This document shows positions 31,201 through 40,440 of a stretch of 41,949 nucleotides of DNA, one piece after another; positions within the stretch are counted from its first letter, which is position 1, and the number at the start of each line of letters is the position of its first letter. The DNA lies in assembly GCA_041663405.1 (NCBI GenBank), contig JBAYMW010000001.1:1-41949 (forward strand). The letters run 5' to 3'. The position numbers and the translations under genes are program-made. Under the pieces are notes generated by a model. The model saw only the letters and a program-made list of their open reading frames with translations, had not been told where the DNA came from and did no database searches. The DNA comes from Candidatus Omnitrophota bacterium (lineage in GTDB: Bacteria > Omnitrophota > Gorgyraeia > Pluralincolimonadales > Pluralincolimonadaceae).

Positions 31201-32784
31201 TTATACCTTAAGGCTTAACGCTATTCTCCTCTCGGCATCATCAACGCGCAGCACCTTTACCTGTACCTTGTCTCCGACCTTGTATGCCTCTTCGAGCTTG
31301 CCGGTCGTCTCAGCGGGGAGCTCGGATACATGCGCGAGCCCTTCGAGGTCCGTGGCAAGTTCGACGAACAGGCCGAAGTTTGTGATCTTTGTTATCGCGC
31401 CTTCCGCGGAAGTGCCCGGCTGGAACCTGGCCACGAATTCCGGCCACGGGTCAGCGACGAGCTGCTTCATGCCCAATGACAGTTTCCTGTTATCGGCATC
31501 GACCGAAAGCACGACTGCGTCTATCTTCTGCCCTTTCTTGAGCACCTCTGACGGGTGGTTGATCTTCCTCGTCCATGAGATGTCGGTGTTATGGAGCAGG
31601 CCGTCTATGCCCTCTTCAAGCTCGATGAACGCTCCGTAGTCTATGAACGAACGGACCTTACCCTTGACCTGCGTGCCGACCGGATATTTTCCGGCGACTT
31701 CGGTCCAGGGGTTCATCTCAGTCTGCTTGATGCCGAGGGCTATCTTCTGGTTGTCCTTATCTATGCTCAGGACTATGGCTTCTATCATATCGCCGATAGC
31801 CAGGACTTCGGACGGATGTCCTATCCTCTTCGTCCATGAGAACTCCGAGATATGGACAAGCCCTTCTATCCCCTTCTCGAGCTCCACGAATGCCCCGTAA
31901 GGCACCAGGTTGACCACCTTGCCCTTTACCCTGTTGCCGACGGGATACTTGCCTTCGACCTGTTCCCAGGGGTTCGGGGTCTTCTGCTTCAACCCGAGTG
32001 AAAGTTTGCCGCTCGCCTTATCGACCGAAAGCAGCATTACCTCTATCTTGTCTCCTACGGCGACCAGCTCGCTCGGATGCGAGATGCGTCCCCACGACAT
32101 GTCGGTTATGTGAAGCAACCCGTCCATGCCCGGTGCGATGTTGATGAACGCGCCGAAGTCGGTTATGTTCTTTACGACGCCCGGTATGACCTGGCCGGTC
32201 TTAAGCTCTTCCATCAGCTTGCCCTTGGCGACATCCCTCTCCCTGATTATTGCCTCTTTACGGGAGACGACGATGTTCTTCCTCGGCTTGTTGATCTTGA
32301 CTATGACGAAGTTCAGGACCTGCCCCAGCAGCTGGTTAAGGTTGCCGAAGCCCTTAAGGAAGACCTGGCTCGCCGGCAGGAACGCCTCGACGCCAATGTC
32401 GACCGTAAGCCCGCCCTTGACCTTCTTCGTCACGCGGCCGGTGACCATATCGCCTTCCTTGCGCTCGGCGATGAGCTTCTCCCATACCTGCATGCGCTCG
32501 GCCTTCCTCTTCGAAAGGACGACCATGCCTTCGTCATTCTCTTTCGACTCGATCAGGACGTCTATCTCGTCGCCGACCTTTATCGATTTCGGGTCAATGA
32601 ACTCATCGAGCGATATGACGCCCTCGGACTTGTAGCCGACGTCGACCACAATGTTCTTGAACGTGACATCGATGACCCTTCCTCTTACGATCTCGCCTTC
32701 CTTCACATCCTTGAAGCTGTCCTCGTACAACTTAGACATATCCATCTTTTCCGAGGACACGTCTTCGTGATTCTCTTCAACCAT
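31201..32784 (-). CDS. rpsA: 30S ribosomal protein S1
   Basis: 527 aa with six S1 repeats of the type G..V.G.V..I.DFGAF..I..G.DGLLHI(S/T)(E/D).SW. Confidence 0.95.
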   Translation of the reverse strand: MVEENHEDVSSEKMDMSKLYEDSFKDVKEGEIVRGRVIDVTFKNIVVDVGYKSEGVISLDEFIDPKSIKVGDEIDVLIESKENDEGMVVLSKRKAERMQVWEKLIAERKEGDMVTGRVTKKVKGGLTVDIGVEAFLPASQVFLKGFGNLNQLLGQVLNFVIVKINKPRKNIVVSRKEAIIRERDVAKGKLMEELKTGQVIPGVVKNITDFGAFINIAPGMDGLLHITDMSWGRISHPSELVAVGDKIEVMLLSVDKASGKLSLGLKQKTPNPWEQVEGKYPVGNRVKGKVVNLVPYGAFVELEKGIEGLVHISEFSWTKRIGHPSEVLAIGDMIEAIVLSIDKDNQKIALGIKQTEMNPWTEVAGKYPVGTQVKGKVRSFIDYGAFIELEEGIDGLLHNTDISWTRKINHPSEVLKKGQKIDAVVLSVDADNRKLSLGMKQLVADPWPEFVARFQPGTSAEGAITKITNFGLFVELATDLEGLAHVSELPAETTGKLEEAYKVGDKVQVKVLRVDDAERRIALSLKV

Positions 32785-32803
32785 CTTCTTTGTTACTCCC
32801 TTC

Positions 32804-33436
32804 TCATTGGATTTTTTGTTTCTTCGCTACCGTCTCTCCCAGGCGCTTGATCTCCCCGGCGACGTGGTCAGCCAGTTTTTGCGCGGCCTCCTTCTTGCCG
32901 CGCGGAAGATCGAGTTTATTGGGATCGATCAGATCTCCTATACATACCGATATGCGCGTAAACGTTATGCGTTTCGCGCCCTTAGGCAGGGCTTTATCCG
33001 TCCCGTCTATATAAGCCGGAAGGATAGGCGCCCCTGTAATTAAACTCAGATAACCGATTCCCGGTTGGGCTTCCTGCATCTCGCCGGTCTCGCTCCTGGT
33101 CCCTTCCGGGAATAAAAAAACAGGTTCGCCGGATTTAAGTAACCGGATGGCGGCCTTCATCGCCCCGATATCCGCCTCACCCCTTTTTACGGGGATCAAA
33201 CCGCACCTGCCGACCACCTGCTTGAACAACCAGTTATCGAACAGGGTGCTCCTTGCCATAAAATGGACCATGCGCGGTGAGGCGCTTGCTATAGCCGGCG
33301 GATCGAGATGGCTCACATGATTGCTCGCCAATATAAAAGCGCCCTTCATCGGGACCTTTTCGGTCCCATTGGCCCTAAAACCCATGAAGATCACAAGGAA
33401 CAGTTTAAGAAAATTTCTTACGATAAAATACATCAT
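32804..33436 (-). CDS. plsC: 1-acyl-sn-glycerol-3-phosphate acyltransferase
   Basis: 210 aa with the NHVSHLDP (HX4D) and FPEGTRS motifs. Confidence 0.85.
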   Translation of the reverse strand: MMYFIVRNFLKLFLVIFMGFRANGTEKVPMKGAFILASNHVSHLDPPAIASASPRMVHFMARSTLFDNWLFKQVVGRCGLIPVKRGEADIGAMKAAIRLLKSGEPVFLFPEGTRSETGEMQEAQPGIGYLSLITGAPILPAYIDGTDKALPKGAKRITFTRISVCIGDLIDPNKLDLPRGKKEAAQKLADHVAGEIKRLGETVAKKQKIQ

Positions 33437-33443
33437 ATGTTTA

Positions 33444-34106
33444 TCAGGCCTTTATCAAGCCGAGGACCTTATCGACGACCCCCTCTATCGTAAGGCCCGT
33501 AGTATCGACTATTATCGAGTCGGCCGCTTTCCTCAGGGGACCTATGGGCCTGTTGATATCGCTGTCATCGCGAATCTTCAGGTCTTTCCTGACGTCCTCT
33601 TCGGTCACCGCCGCGCCGCTCTCCTTAAGTTCCTTGTAGCGCCTCTGCGCCCTTACCTCGAACGCAGCGTCTATATAGAACTTCCTGTCGGCGTCGGGCA
33701 GGACTACGGTCGCAATGTCGCGGCCTTCCATGACCGTTCCGCCCTCTTTGCCCAGCCTGCGCTGGACCGCCACCATATGCGCGCGGACCGGCTTTGCGCG
33801 GGCGATATATTTCACGTTATTCGTGACTTCCGGTGTTCTGATACCGGAGCTTACATCCTCCCCGTCAAGATATACTTTTAACGAGCCGCTTTCCTGCTTT
33901 AGCTTTATATCCGTCGAAGCGGCGAGCATGCCGAGTTTTTCTTCGTCATTCAGGTCAGCTTTTGTCCGGAGCGCCTTAAGGGTAAGCGCGCGGTACATAG
34001 CACCCGTATCTATATATAAGAAACCCAGCCTCTGCGCTACAAGCCTTGCAACCGTACTCTTGCCGGAACCTGCCGGGCCGTCGATGGCTATGACGGGGCG
34101 CTTCAC
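33444..34106 (-). CDS. cmk: Cytidylate kinase
   Basis: 220 aa with IAIDGPAGSGKSTVA and YIDTGAMYRA. Confidence 0.95.
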   Translation of the reverse strand: MKRPVIAIDGPAGSGKSTVARLVAQRLGFLYIDTGAMYRALTLKALRTKADLNDEEKLGMLAASTDIKLKQESGSLKVYLDGEDVSSGIRTPEVTNNVKYIARAKPVRAHMVAVQRRLGKEGGTVMEGRDIATVVLPDADRKFYIDAAFEVRAQRRYKELKESGAAVTEEDVRKDLKIRDDSDINRPIGPLRKAADSIIVDTTGLTIEGVVDKVLGLIKA

Positions 34107-34945
34107 CTTAAGCTCTCCCTCCTCACCTTCGACTTTTCCAGCTCCCTGCGCAGTTTCGCTCCGGAACCGTCCTTTACCAGCTTCTTTATCTTAGCCAGGT
34201 TGCGCGCGTAGTTATCGAGCGCCCTGACGATCTCTTTCCTGTTAGTCACGCATATATCGCGCCATATTCCGGGATCGCTCGCCGCTATGCGCGTCGCGTC
34301 CTTGAAACCCGTAGAGGCAAACTCCAGCGATCCATCGCTCGCGGAATTGACCAGGGCCGCTGCGGCTATATGCGGCAGGTGGCTTATCTGGGCGACTATC
34401 CTGTCATGTTCCTCGGGGGACTTTATCACGATCCTCCCGGCTCCGAGCGACTTCCAGAAACCGCCCAGGCGTTTCATGGCCTTCAAATCTGTTTTATTCG
34501 TCTTTGTCATGATGACGACCGAACCTTCTAACAGGTCTTCCCTCGCGAATATGACACCGCGCCTCTCTGAACCCGCCAACGGGTGCGAGCCGGCGAAATG
34601 AACGCCCTTTGGCATGGACATCTCGAGGGACCTCACTATCCCCGCTTTCGTGCTGCCGACATCCGTCACGACGCAGCCTTTTTTCAACGAACCGCGTATC
34701 TTCGAAGCCATACCGGGTATCAGCCCTACCGGCGTCGCTATTATCACCAGGTCCGCGCCGGCGACACCCTTACCCGCGTCAAGCGTGCCCTTATCTATCG
34801 CTTTGCGTCTCACGGCCTCGGCGATCGAGGACTTCCTCCTGCCGATCCCGATGACCGTTTCCGCAAGTTTCTTCTTCTTCAGCGCTTCGCCGATGGAACC
34901 GCCTATAAGCCCAACGCCTATTATCGCAACTTTTTTAAATATCAC
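34103..34945 (-). CDS. tyrA: Prephenate (or arogenate) dehydrogenase
   Basis: 280 aa with the Rossmann motif [14 protein letters not shown] and GSHPLAGSE. Confidence 0.85.
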   Translation of the reverse strand: MIFKKVAIIGVGLIGGSIGEALKKKKLAETVIGIGRRKSSIAEAVRRKAIDKGTLDAGKGVAGADLVIIATPVGLIPGMASKIRGSLKKGCVVTDVGSTKAGIVRSLEMSMPKGVHFAGSHPLAGSERRGVIFAREDLLEGSVVIMTKTNKTDLKAMKRLGGFWKSLGAGRIVIKSPEEHDRIVAQISHLPHIAAAALVNSASDGSLEFASTGFKDATRIAASDPGIWRDICVTNRKEIVRALDNYARNLAKIKKLVKDGSGAKLRRELEKSKVRRESLR

Positions 34946-35948
34946 GTCCGACCGCCTTAGCGACCCCTTTGAGTTCCTTCATCATCTTTTCGAAATTATC
35001 CGGTATAAGCGACTGCGCGCCGTCAGAGAGCGCCTCTTCCGGCTTCGGATGGACCTCTATAATAAGGCCATCGCATCCGGAAGCCACCGCGGCCCTTGCC
35101 ATCGCGGGGACATAACCCCACTTGCCTACAGCATGGCTCGGGTCTATGATCACCGGAAGATGCGTGAGTTTCTTCAGTACCGGCACCGCGCTCAGGTCGA
35201 GAGTAAAACGCGTCTGGTCTTCGAAGGTCCTGATACCGCGCTCGCATAGCATCACGTTGAAATTACCGTTCGAAAGTATATATTCGGCCGACATAAGCAG
35301 TTCGACTATCGTGGAGGATATGCCCCTCTTCAACAGGACCGGCATCTTTGACGTGCCGACAGCCTTCAGCAGGTTGAAATTCTGCATGTTCCGCGCGCCT
35401 ATCTGCAGGATATCCGCGTACTTCTCTATGAGAGGTAGGTCGCGTATGTCCATTATCTCCGTTATTACCGGCAGGCCCGTCTTCTGGCCGGCTTCCTTGA
35501 GGTATTTCAGCCCCTCTTCGCCCAGGCCCTGGAAGCTGTAGGGCGATGTGCGCGGCTTGAAAGCGCCGCCGCGCAGGACCGAAGCGCCCGACTTCTTGAC
35601 GGACTTCGCGATATTTATCAGCATCTCGCGGCTCTCTATGGAGCAGGGCCCGGCCATCGTGACGATCTTCTTCCCGCCAACCTTCACCTTGCCTATATTT
35701 ATGACGGAGTTCTCGTGCTTGAACTCGCGCGATACGAGCTTATACGGCGCGAGTATGGACATGACCTTCTCGACGCCCGGAAATACGTCAAGCGGCGTCG
35801 AGCGGAGGATATCTTCCTCCCCGATGACGCCTATGATCGTGCGCTCCACGCCCTTCGATATCATCGGTTTCAGCCCGACCGACTTGACTTTTGCGATAAG
35901 GTGTTTGAGCTGCGCTTCTGTCGCTTCGGGTTTTAATACGATTATCAT
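34935..35948 (-). CDS. 3-deoxy-7-phosphoheptulonate (DAHP) synthase, type I-beta with N-terminal ferredoxin-like regulatory domain
   Basis: 337 aa. It has an N-terminal [40 protein letters not shown] domain, then [26 protein letters not shown] and IIDPSHA. Confidence 0.85.
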   Translation of the reverse strand: MIIVLKPEATEAQLKHLIAKVKSVGLKPMISKGVERTIIGVIGEEDILRSTPLDVFPGVEKVMSILAPYKLVSREFKHENSVINIGKVKVGGKKIVTMAGPCSIESREMLINIAKSVKKSGASVLRGGAFKPRTSPYSFQGLGEEGLKYLKEAGQKTGLPVITEIMDIRDLPLIEKYADILQIGARNMQNFNLLKAVGTSKMPVLLKRGISSTIVELLMSAEYILSNGNFNVMLCERGIRTFEDQTRFTLDLSAVPVLKKLTHLPVIIDPSHAVGKWGYVPAMARAAVASGCDGLIIEVHPKPEEALSDGAQSLIPDNFEKMMKELKGVAKAVGRDI

Positions 35949-35967
35949 CTCAAATCTCCTTGACCAC

Positions 35968-37059
35968 TTACAGCGCTTTCAGGACTTTCTTAATCGCCTC
36001 GACGAACTTCCTGTTCTCCCTGTCGGTGCCTATCGTAACTCTCACATAGCTTTCCAGCTTATAGGCTTTCATGTCCCTGACTATGACCCCATACCTTAAA
36101 AGCTGCTGGAAGGTCTCCCAACTGTCCCTCTTGACGTCAACGAGTATGAAGTTCGTCTGGCTCGGGGCATACGGCAGGCCCATCTTGTCGAGCGCGCCGT
36201 AGAGGTACTTCTTGCCCTTAAGGACGGTCTGCCTGGTCTTCTTCAGGTGCGCAGCGTCATCTAACGATGCCGTTGCAGCAACCTGAGCGAGTGAATTGAC
36301 ATTGAACGGCAGCCTGACCCTGTTCATGCAATCTATGAGCTCAGGGTTTGCCAGGGCAAAACCCACACGCAGCCCCGCGAGCCCGTATGCCTTCGAGAAC
36401 GTCCGTAATATTATGAGGTTCCTGTCCTTTATGTGCCTGAGCGTATCAGGGTAATCTTTCGCATCCACAAAGTCGTAATAAGCCTCATCCATGACCACGA
36501 TGACACTATCCGGGATGTTCTCAAGGAACTTCGTTATCTGCTTGTCGTTGACGTACGTGCCGGTCGGGTTATCCGGATTCGCGATGAAGACGAGCTTCGT
36601 CTTGCCGTCTATGGCTTTCCTGATGCCGTCCATGTCATACTTCAAGTTCACGTTCGGGACGACCTTTACCCTGCGGCCGTATGCCTCGGTTATAAGCCTG
36701 TATTCAAGGAATGTCGGGTCGGCTACGATAGCATTCTCATCCTCGTTCATGAACGCCTGGATAATGATCGCTATCAGCTCGTCCGAACCGTTGCCGAAGA
36801 CGAAATTCTCGGGCTTCATGCCCATCTTCTTAGCGACCTTCGTCTTGAGATAGAAACAACTCCCGTCCGGATAGCGGTTCAATTCCTTCAGGGCCTTGCC
36901 TATAGCAACGAGAGCCTTCTTCGAAGGCCCAAGCGAGTTCTCGTTCGAAGCGAGCTTATAGACCTCTTCCAGCAGCAGCTCCCTCTTTACCTCGTTGATC
37001 GGCTTGCCCGGCTGGTAGGGCTGTATGCTCATTACGCCTTTTTTCGCTAACTTGCTCAT
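35968..37059 (-). CDS. hisC: Histidinol-phosphate / aromatic aminotransferase (class II PLP)
   Basis: Start is ATG 37059 ([19 protein letters not shown], with AAGGGA upstream, 11 nt after the pheA stop). Motifs are [11 protein letters not shown] and the PLP-Lys motif [15 protein letters not shown]. The ORF-track start 37197 lies inside pheA. Confidence 0.85.
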   Translation of the reverse strand: MSKLAKKGVMSIQPYQPGKPINEVKRELLLEEVYKLASNENSLGPSKKALVAIGKALKELNRYPDGSCFYLKTKVAKKMGMKPENFVFGNGSDELIAIIIQAFMNEDENAIVADPTFLEYRLITEAYGRRVKVVPNVNLKYDMDGIRKAIDGKTKLVFIANPDNPTGTYVNDKQITKFLENIPDSVIVVMDEAYYDFVDAKDYPDTLRHIKDRNLIILRTFSKAYGLAGLRVGFALANPELIDCMNRVRLPFNVNSLAQVAATASLDDAAHLKKTRQTVLKGKKYLYGALDKMGLPYAPSQTNFILVDVKRDSWETFQQLLRYGVIVRDMKAYKLESYVRVTIGTDRENRKFVEAIKKVLKAL

Positions 37060-37070
37060 CTTATTCCCTT

Positions 37071-38129
37071 TTATGCCAATGGATACGAACCCAGTACTTT
37101 CAGGCTTGTGCAGACTTCCCTTAATTGGTCTATCGCTTTTATCACGTTCTTGTCGTTGTGGTGCCCCATCATATCTACGAAGAAGCGGTATTCCCACGCC
37201 CGCTTCTTTGACGGGCGCGACTCTATCTTCGTCAGGTTGATCTTGTTCTTCTTGAACGGGACCAGCATGTCATGCAGCGCGCCGACCTTGTCCTTGACCG
37301 CGAACATTATCGAGGTCTTGTCCTTGCCGGTCGGCCTGCTCTCGACCTTGCCTATGACAAGGAACCTGGTCATGTTATGAGGGCTGTCCTCTATGGAACG
37401 CGCGAGCATATTGAGCCCGTAGCATTCTGCCGCGAGGCTTGAGCCTATAGCAGCCGCGCCCTTCTCCCTGACTGCCATCCCTGCCGCCTTGGTCGTTGAA
37501 GTAACCTCGATTATTTCAACTCGCGGGAGGTTGGCTTCGAGCCACATCCTGCACTGCCCGATGACGCTCGGGTTGGAATATACCCTCTTTATCTTGTCCA
37601 TCCCGCATTTCGCCAGCAGGTTATGCGATATCTCGATTGATATCTCCGAGCATATCTTCAGGTCGGATTCCATGAACATATCGAGCGTATAATTTATCGC
37701 GCCCTCTATGGAATTCTCTATGGGGACAACCCCGTAATCCGCCCTGCCGTGCTCGACCTCGGCGAATACGTCGTTGATCGTATTTACCGGGAGATAACGG
37801 ACCGATGACCCGAATTTTTTCAGCGCGGCAATATTTGAGAAACTCGCCGGCGGGCCCATGTAAGATATCCTCAAAGGCTTCTCAAGCGCCAGGCAGCCTG
37901 ACATTATCTCGCGGTACACGGCTTGCAGGGCCTCGTCAGAGAGCGGGCCGTCATTCTGCGCGGCAACCCTCTCGTAAACGATCATCTCCCTGTCGGGCGC
38001 CCACGCGCTCTTATTTGCTTTCGCCTTCAGCCGGCCTATCCTGACGCTCAGCTGCGCCCTGCTGTTCAGGATCTGTATTATCTTCCTGTCCAACAGGTCT
38101 ATCTTCTTGCGTAACTTCTCCAGTTCCAT
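37071..38129 (-). CDS. pheA: Bifunctional chorismate mutase / prephenate dehydratase (P-protein) with ACT domain
   Basis: 352 aa with the CM helix LRKKIDLLDRKIIQILNSRAQLS, the PDT core ..TRFLVIG.. and the ACT motif LTKIESRPSKK. The ATG has AGGAGG 6 nt upstream. Confidence 0.9.
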   Translation of the reverse strand: MELEKLRKKIDLLDRKIIQILNSRAQLSVRIGRLKAKANKSAWAPDREMIVYERVAAQNDGPLSDEALQAVYREIMSGCLALEKPLRISYMGPPASFSNIAALKKFGSSVRYLPVNTINDVFAEVEHGRADYGVVPIENSIEGAINYTLDMFMESDLKICSEISIEISHNLLAKCGMDKIKRVYSNPSVIGQCRMWLEANLPRVEIIEVTSTTKAAGMAVREKGAAAIGSSLAAECYGLNMLARSIEDSPHNMTRFLVIGKVESRPTGKDKTSIMFAVKDKVGALHDMLVPFKKNKINLTKIESRPSKKRAWEYRFFVDMMGHHNDKNVIKAIDQLREVCTSLKVLGSYPLA

Positions 38130-38703
38130 CCTGTACCTCCTGGCCTCCGAGTCCCTGTTTCAATTCGCTTAGATCTATATCCGATTCCGTGAATTCGCCT
38201 AATTTCGGCAGCTCATTAAGAGTGCTCAGCCCGAACCTGTCGAGAAATTCCTTCGTGGTGCCGTAGAGTATCGGCCTGCCCGGCGCGTCCTTCCTGCCGG
38301 TTATCTTTATCAGCTGCCTGTCCGCGAGCGTCTTTATGACGCCATCGACGTTGACGCCGCGTATATCCTCTATGTCGGCCTTCGTGATCGGCTGGCGGTA
38401 CGCGACTATCGCGAGCGTCTCGAGCGCCGGCTTCGTCAGCTTGTCCTTCGACTTAACCCTGTAAAACTTCTTGAGATAATCGGCGAACTCGGGCATCGTA
38501 ACCATCTGGTAGCCGCCCGCCAGCTCGTACACCTTGAAGCTCCTTCCGAGCGTCTCGTACTCCTTCTGGAGTTCGGCAAGCGCCGTCTTGATATCCTTCG
38601 CGTCGACCTCCTCCAGGACTTCCTTCATCTGCTCGATCGTTATCGGCTTCTCCGACGTGAAGAGCAGCGCCTCGATTATCTTTTTTGCCTCAGACAGCTC
38701 CAT
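38011..38703 (-). CDS. scpB: Segregation and condensation protein B
   Basis: 230 aa with IEALLFTSEKPIT and two winged-helix halves. The last ~40 codons (an acidic, Q-rich tail) overlap pheA out of frame. Confidence 0.85.
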   Translation of the reverse strand: MELSEAKKIIEALLFTSEKPITIEQMKEVLEEVDAKDIKTALAELQKEYETLGRSFKVYELAGGYQMVTMPEFADYLKKFYRVKSKDKLTKPALETLAIVAYRQPITKADIEDIRGVNVDGVIKTLADRQLIKITGRKDAPGRPILYGTTKEFLDRFGLSTLNELPKLGEFTESDIDLSELKQGLGGQEVQDGTGEVTQEDRPVGQEDNTDPEQQGAAERQDRPAEGESK

Positions 38704-39460
38704 TTGGCGTTCCTTCTACCGCGGCCTTCAGTTTCGGGCCGATGTTGTTCGGGTTGCGCACCACCTCAATCTCGCCGAAGATATTGTGCTGCCTTACCAT
38801 CACTTCCTTCAGCCTTATCAGCTCAAGCAGCGCGAGGAACGTCGCTATCAGCTCTATCTTGCTCCTCGACTTCTTGAATATATCCTTGAAATTTATTACC
38901 GGCTGTTCCACGAGCATATGGAACAGCTCATGGACCTTCTCCTCGACCGTGAACTCATCCTTGACCACCTCGAGGAACGCCTCGCGCGATACGCTCTTCA
39001 GTATCGTAGAGAACGCGTTGATGAGGTCGAATATCGACGCCTCAAAATACGGCCCTTCGGTCTGGTCTATATACTGGGTCTCGTCCACCGAGCGCGGGAA
39101 GACCATCGATCTCCTGCGTTCGAGCTCGGAGAGCTCTCCGGCCGCTTCCTTGAACTTCTTATATTCAATGAGCCTGCGCACAAGTTCCGCGCGCGGGTCC
39201 TCTTCCTCTATCTCTTCCGGCGGCTGTTCGTCCGGCGGCAGCAGCAGCCTGGACTTAATATGCATCAGCGTCGCGGCCATCACTATGAACTCGCCGGCGA
39301 TATGCAGGTCAAGCAGTTCCATATATTCCATGTAGTGCAGGTACTGCTCGGTTATCTTTGATATCGGGATATCGAAGATGTCCGCTTCTTCCTTCTTGAT
39401 AAGGTACAGAAGAAGGTCCAGCGGGCCTTCGAACACGTCAAGCTTTACCTTGTACGTCAT
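38690..39460 (-). CDS. scpA: Segregation and condensation protein A (kleisin)
   Basis: 256 aa with FEGPLDLLLYLIKKEEADIFDIPISKITEQYL. Confidence 0.9.
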   Translation of the reverse strand: MTYKVKLDVFEGPLDLLLYLIKKEEADIFDIPISKITEQYLHYMEYMELLDLHIAGEFIVMAATLMHIKSRLLLPPDEQPPEEIEEEDPRAELVRRLIEYKKFKEAAGELSELERRRSMVFPRSVDETQYIDQTEGPYFEASIFDLINAFSTILKSVSREAFLEVVKDEFTVEEKVHELFHMLVEQPVINFKDIFKKSRSKIELIATFLALLELIRLKEVMVRQHNIFGEIEVVRNPNNIGPKLKAAVEGTPNGAV

Positions 39461-40437
39461 ATACCGACTGCTTTCCTGACCTCGCCCATTGTCTCACGCG
39501 CGACCGCGCGCGCCTTCTCGGCGCCCTTCTTAAGGACCGCCTCGAGCCCTGCCCTGTCGCTTAATATCCTGTTCCTTCTTTCCTGGATGGGCCTGAGCAG
39601 CTCGATTATGCAGTCCGCGAGCTTCGCCTTGTCCGCGACACATCCTATCCTTGCCGACTTGCATTCCCCGGGAATGCTTACGGCCAGTTCCGGGAAGAAG
39701 TACTTGTAATACGAATATACGTTGCAGATATCGGGATGCCCGGGATCGTCCTTCTTTATCCTCTGCGGGTCCGTTATCATCGCCTTTATCTTCTTCTTCA
39801 CTTCGTCGGGAGAGTCCGAAAGGTTCACGGCGTTGCCGTAGCTCTTGGACATCTTCCTGTTATCCACTCCGAGAAGGCGCGGCGTCTGCGTCAACAGCCC
39901 CTCCGGCTCCGGGAATATCTCTTTCTTATATAAATAATGGAACTTGCGCGCTATCTCCCTGGTCAGCTCGAGATGCGGGAGCTGGTCCTCTCCGACAGGC
40001 ACGGCATTAGCCTTATATATCATTATATCGGCCGCCTGGAGTACCGGGTAGCCGAGAAATCCGTACGTCGTGAGGTCCCTGCCCTCGACTTCCCTGAGCT
40101 GCTCCTTATACGTGGGGCAGCGTTCGAGCCACGAAAGCGGCGTAATCGCCGAAAGTATCATGTTCAGTTCGAGATGTTCAGGCACATCGGACTGCACGAA
40201 GATGACCGACCTTTCCGGATCGAGGCCGCACGCGAGGAAATCCGCGGTGTTGTCGATAATGTTATCTTTCATCGCCGACGGATCCGCGTATTCGCTCATC
40301 AGCGCGTGGTAATCGGCGACCATGTAGAAGCAGTCGTACTTATCCTGCATCTCCACCCAATTCTTCAGCGCGCCGGCAAGATGGCCCAGGTGCAATTTGC
40401 CCGTGGGGCGCATCCCGCTTAATACCCTCTTCTTCAT
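39457..40437 (-). CDS. trpS: Tryptophan--tRNA ligase
   Basis: 326 aa with GKLHLGHLAGA, VADYHAL and KMSKSYGN. Confidence 0.95.
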   Translation of the reverse strand: MKKRVLSGMRPTGKLHLGHLAGALKNWVEMQDKYDCFYMVADYHALMSEYADPSAMKDNIIDNTADFLACGLDPERSVIFVQSDVPEHLELNMILSAITPLSWLERCPTYKEQLREVEGRDLTTYGFLGYPVLQAADIMIYKANAVPVGEDQLPHLELTREIARKFHYLYKKEIFPEPEGLLTQTPRLLGVDNRKMSKSYGNAVNLSDSPDEVKKKIKAMITDPQRIKKDDPGHPDICNVYSYYKYFFPELAVSIPGECKSARIGCVADKAKLADCIIELLRPIQERRNRILSDRAGLEAVLKKGAEKARAVARETMGEVRKAVGI

Positions 40438-40440
40438 ATT

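Noticed and set aside
31188-31202. Palindrome AAACCCCAGGGGTTT between rpsA and tyrS, as a possible terminator or regulatory hairpin.
   Set aside because: Its central loop of 1 nt is too small for a stable hairpin and no T-tract follows. It largely coincides with the tyrS SD (AGGGG) and start region.
29992-40437. T-box leaders upstream of tyrS/trpS, or a preQ1 riboswitch upstream of queA/tgt.
   Set aside because: There is no room for them. tyrS starts 15 nt after rpsA, trpS starts 3 nt after infB, and queA and tgt overlap their upstream genes.
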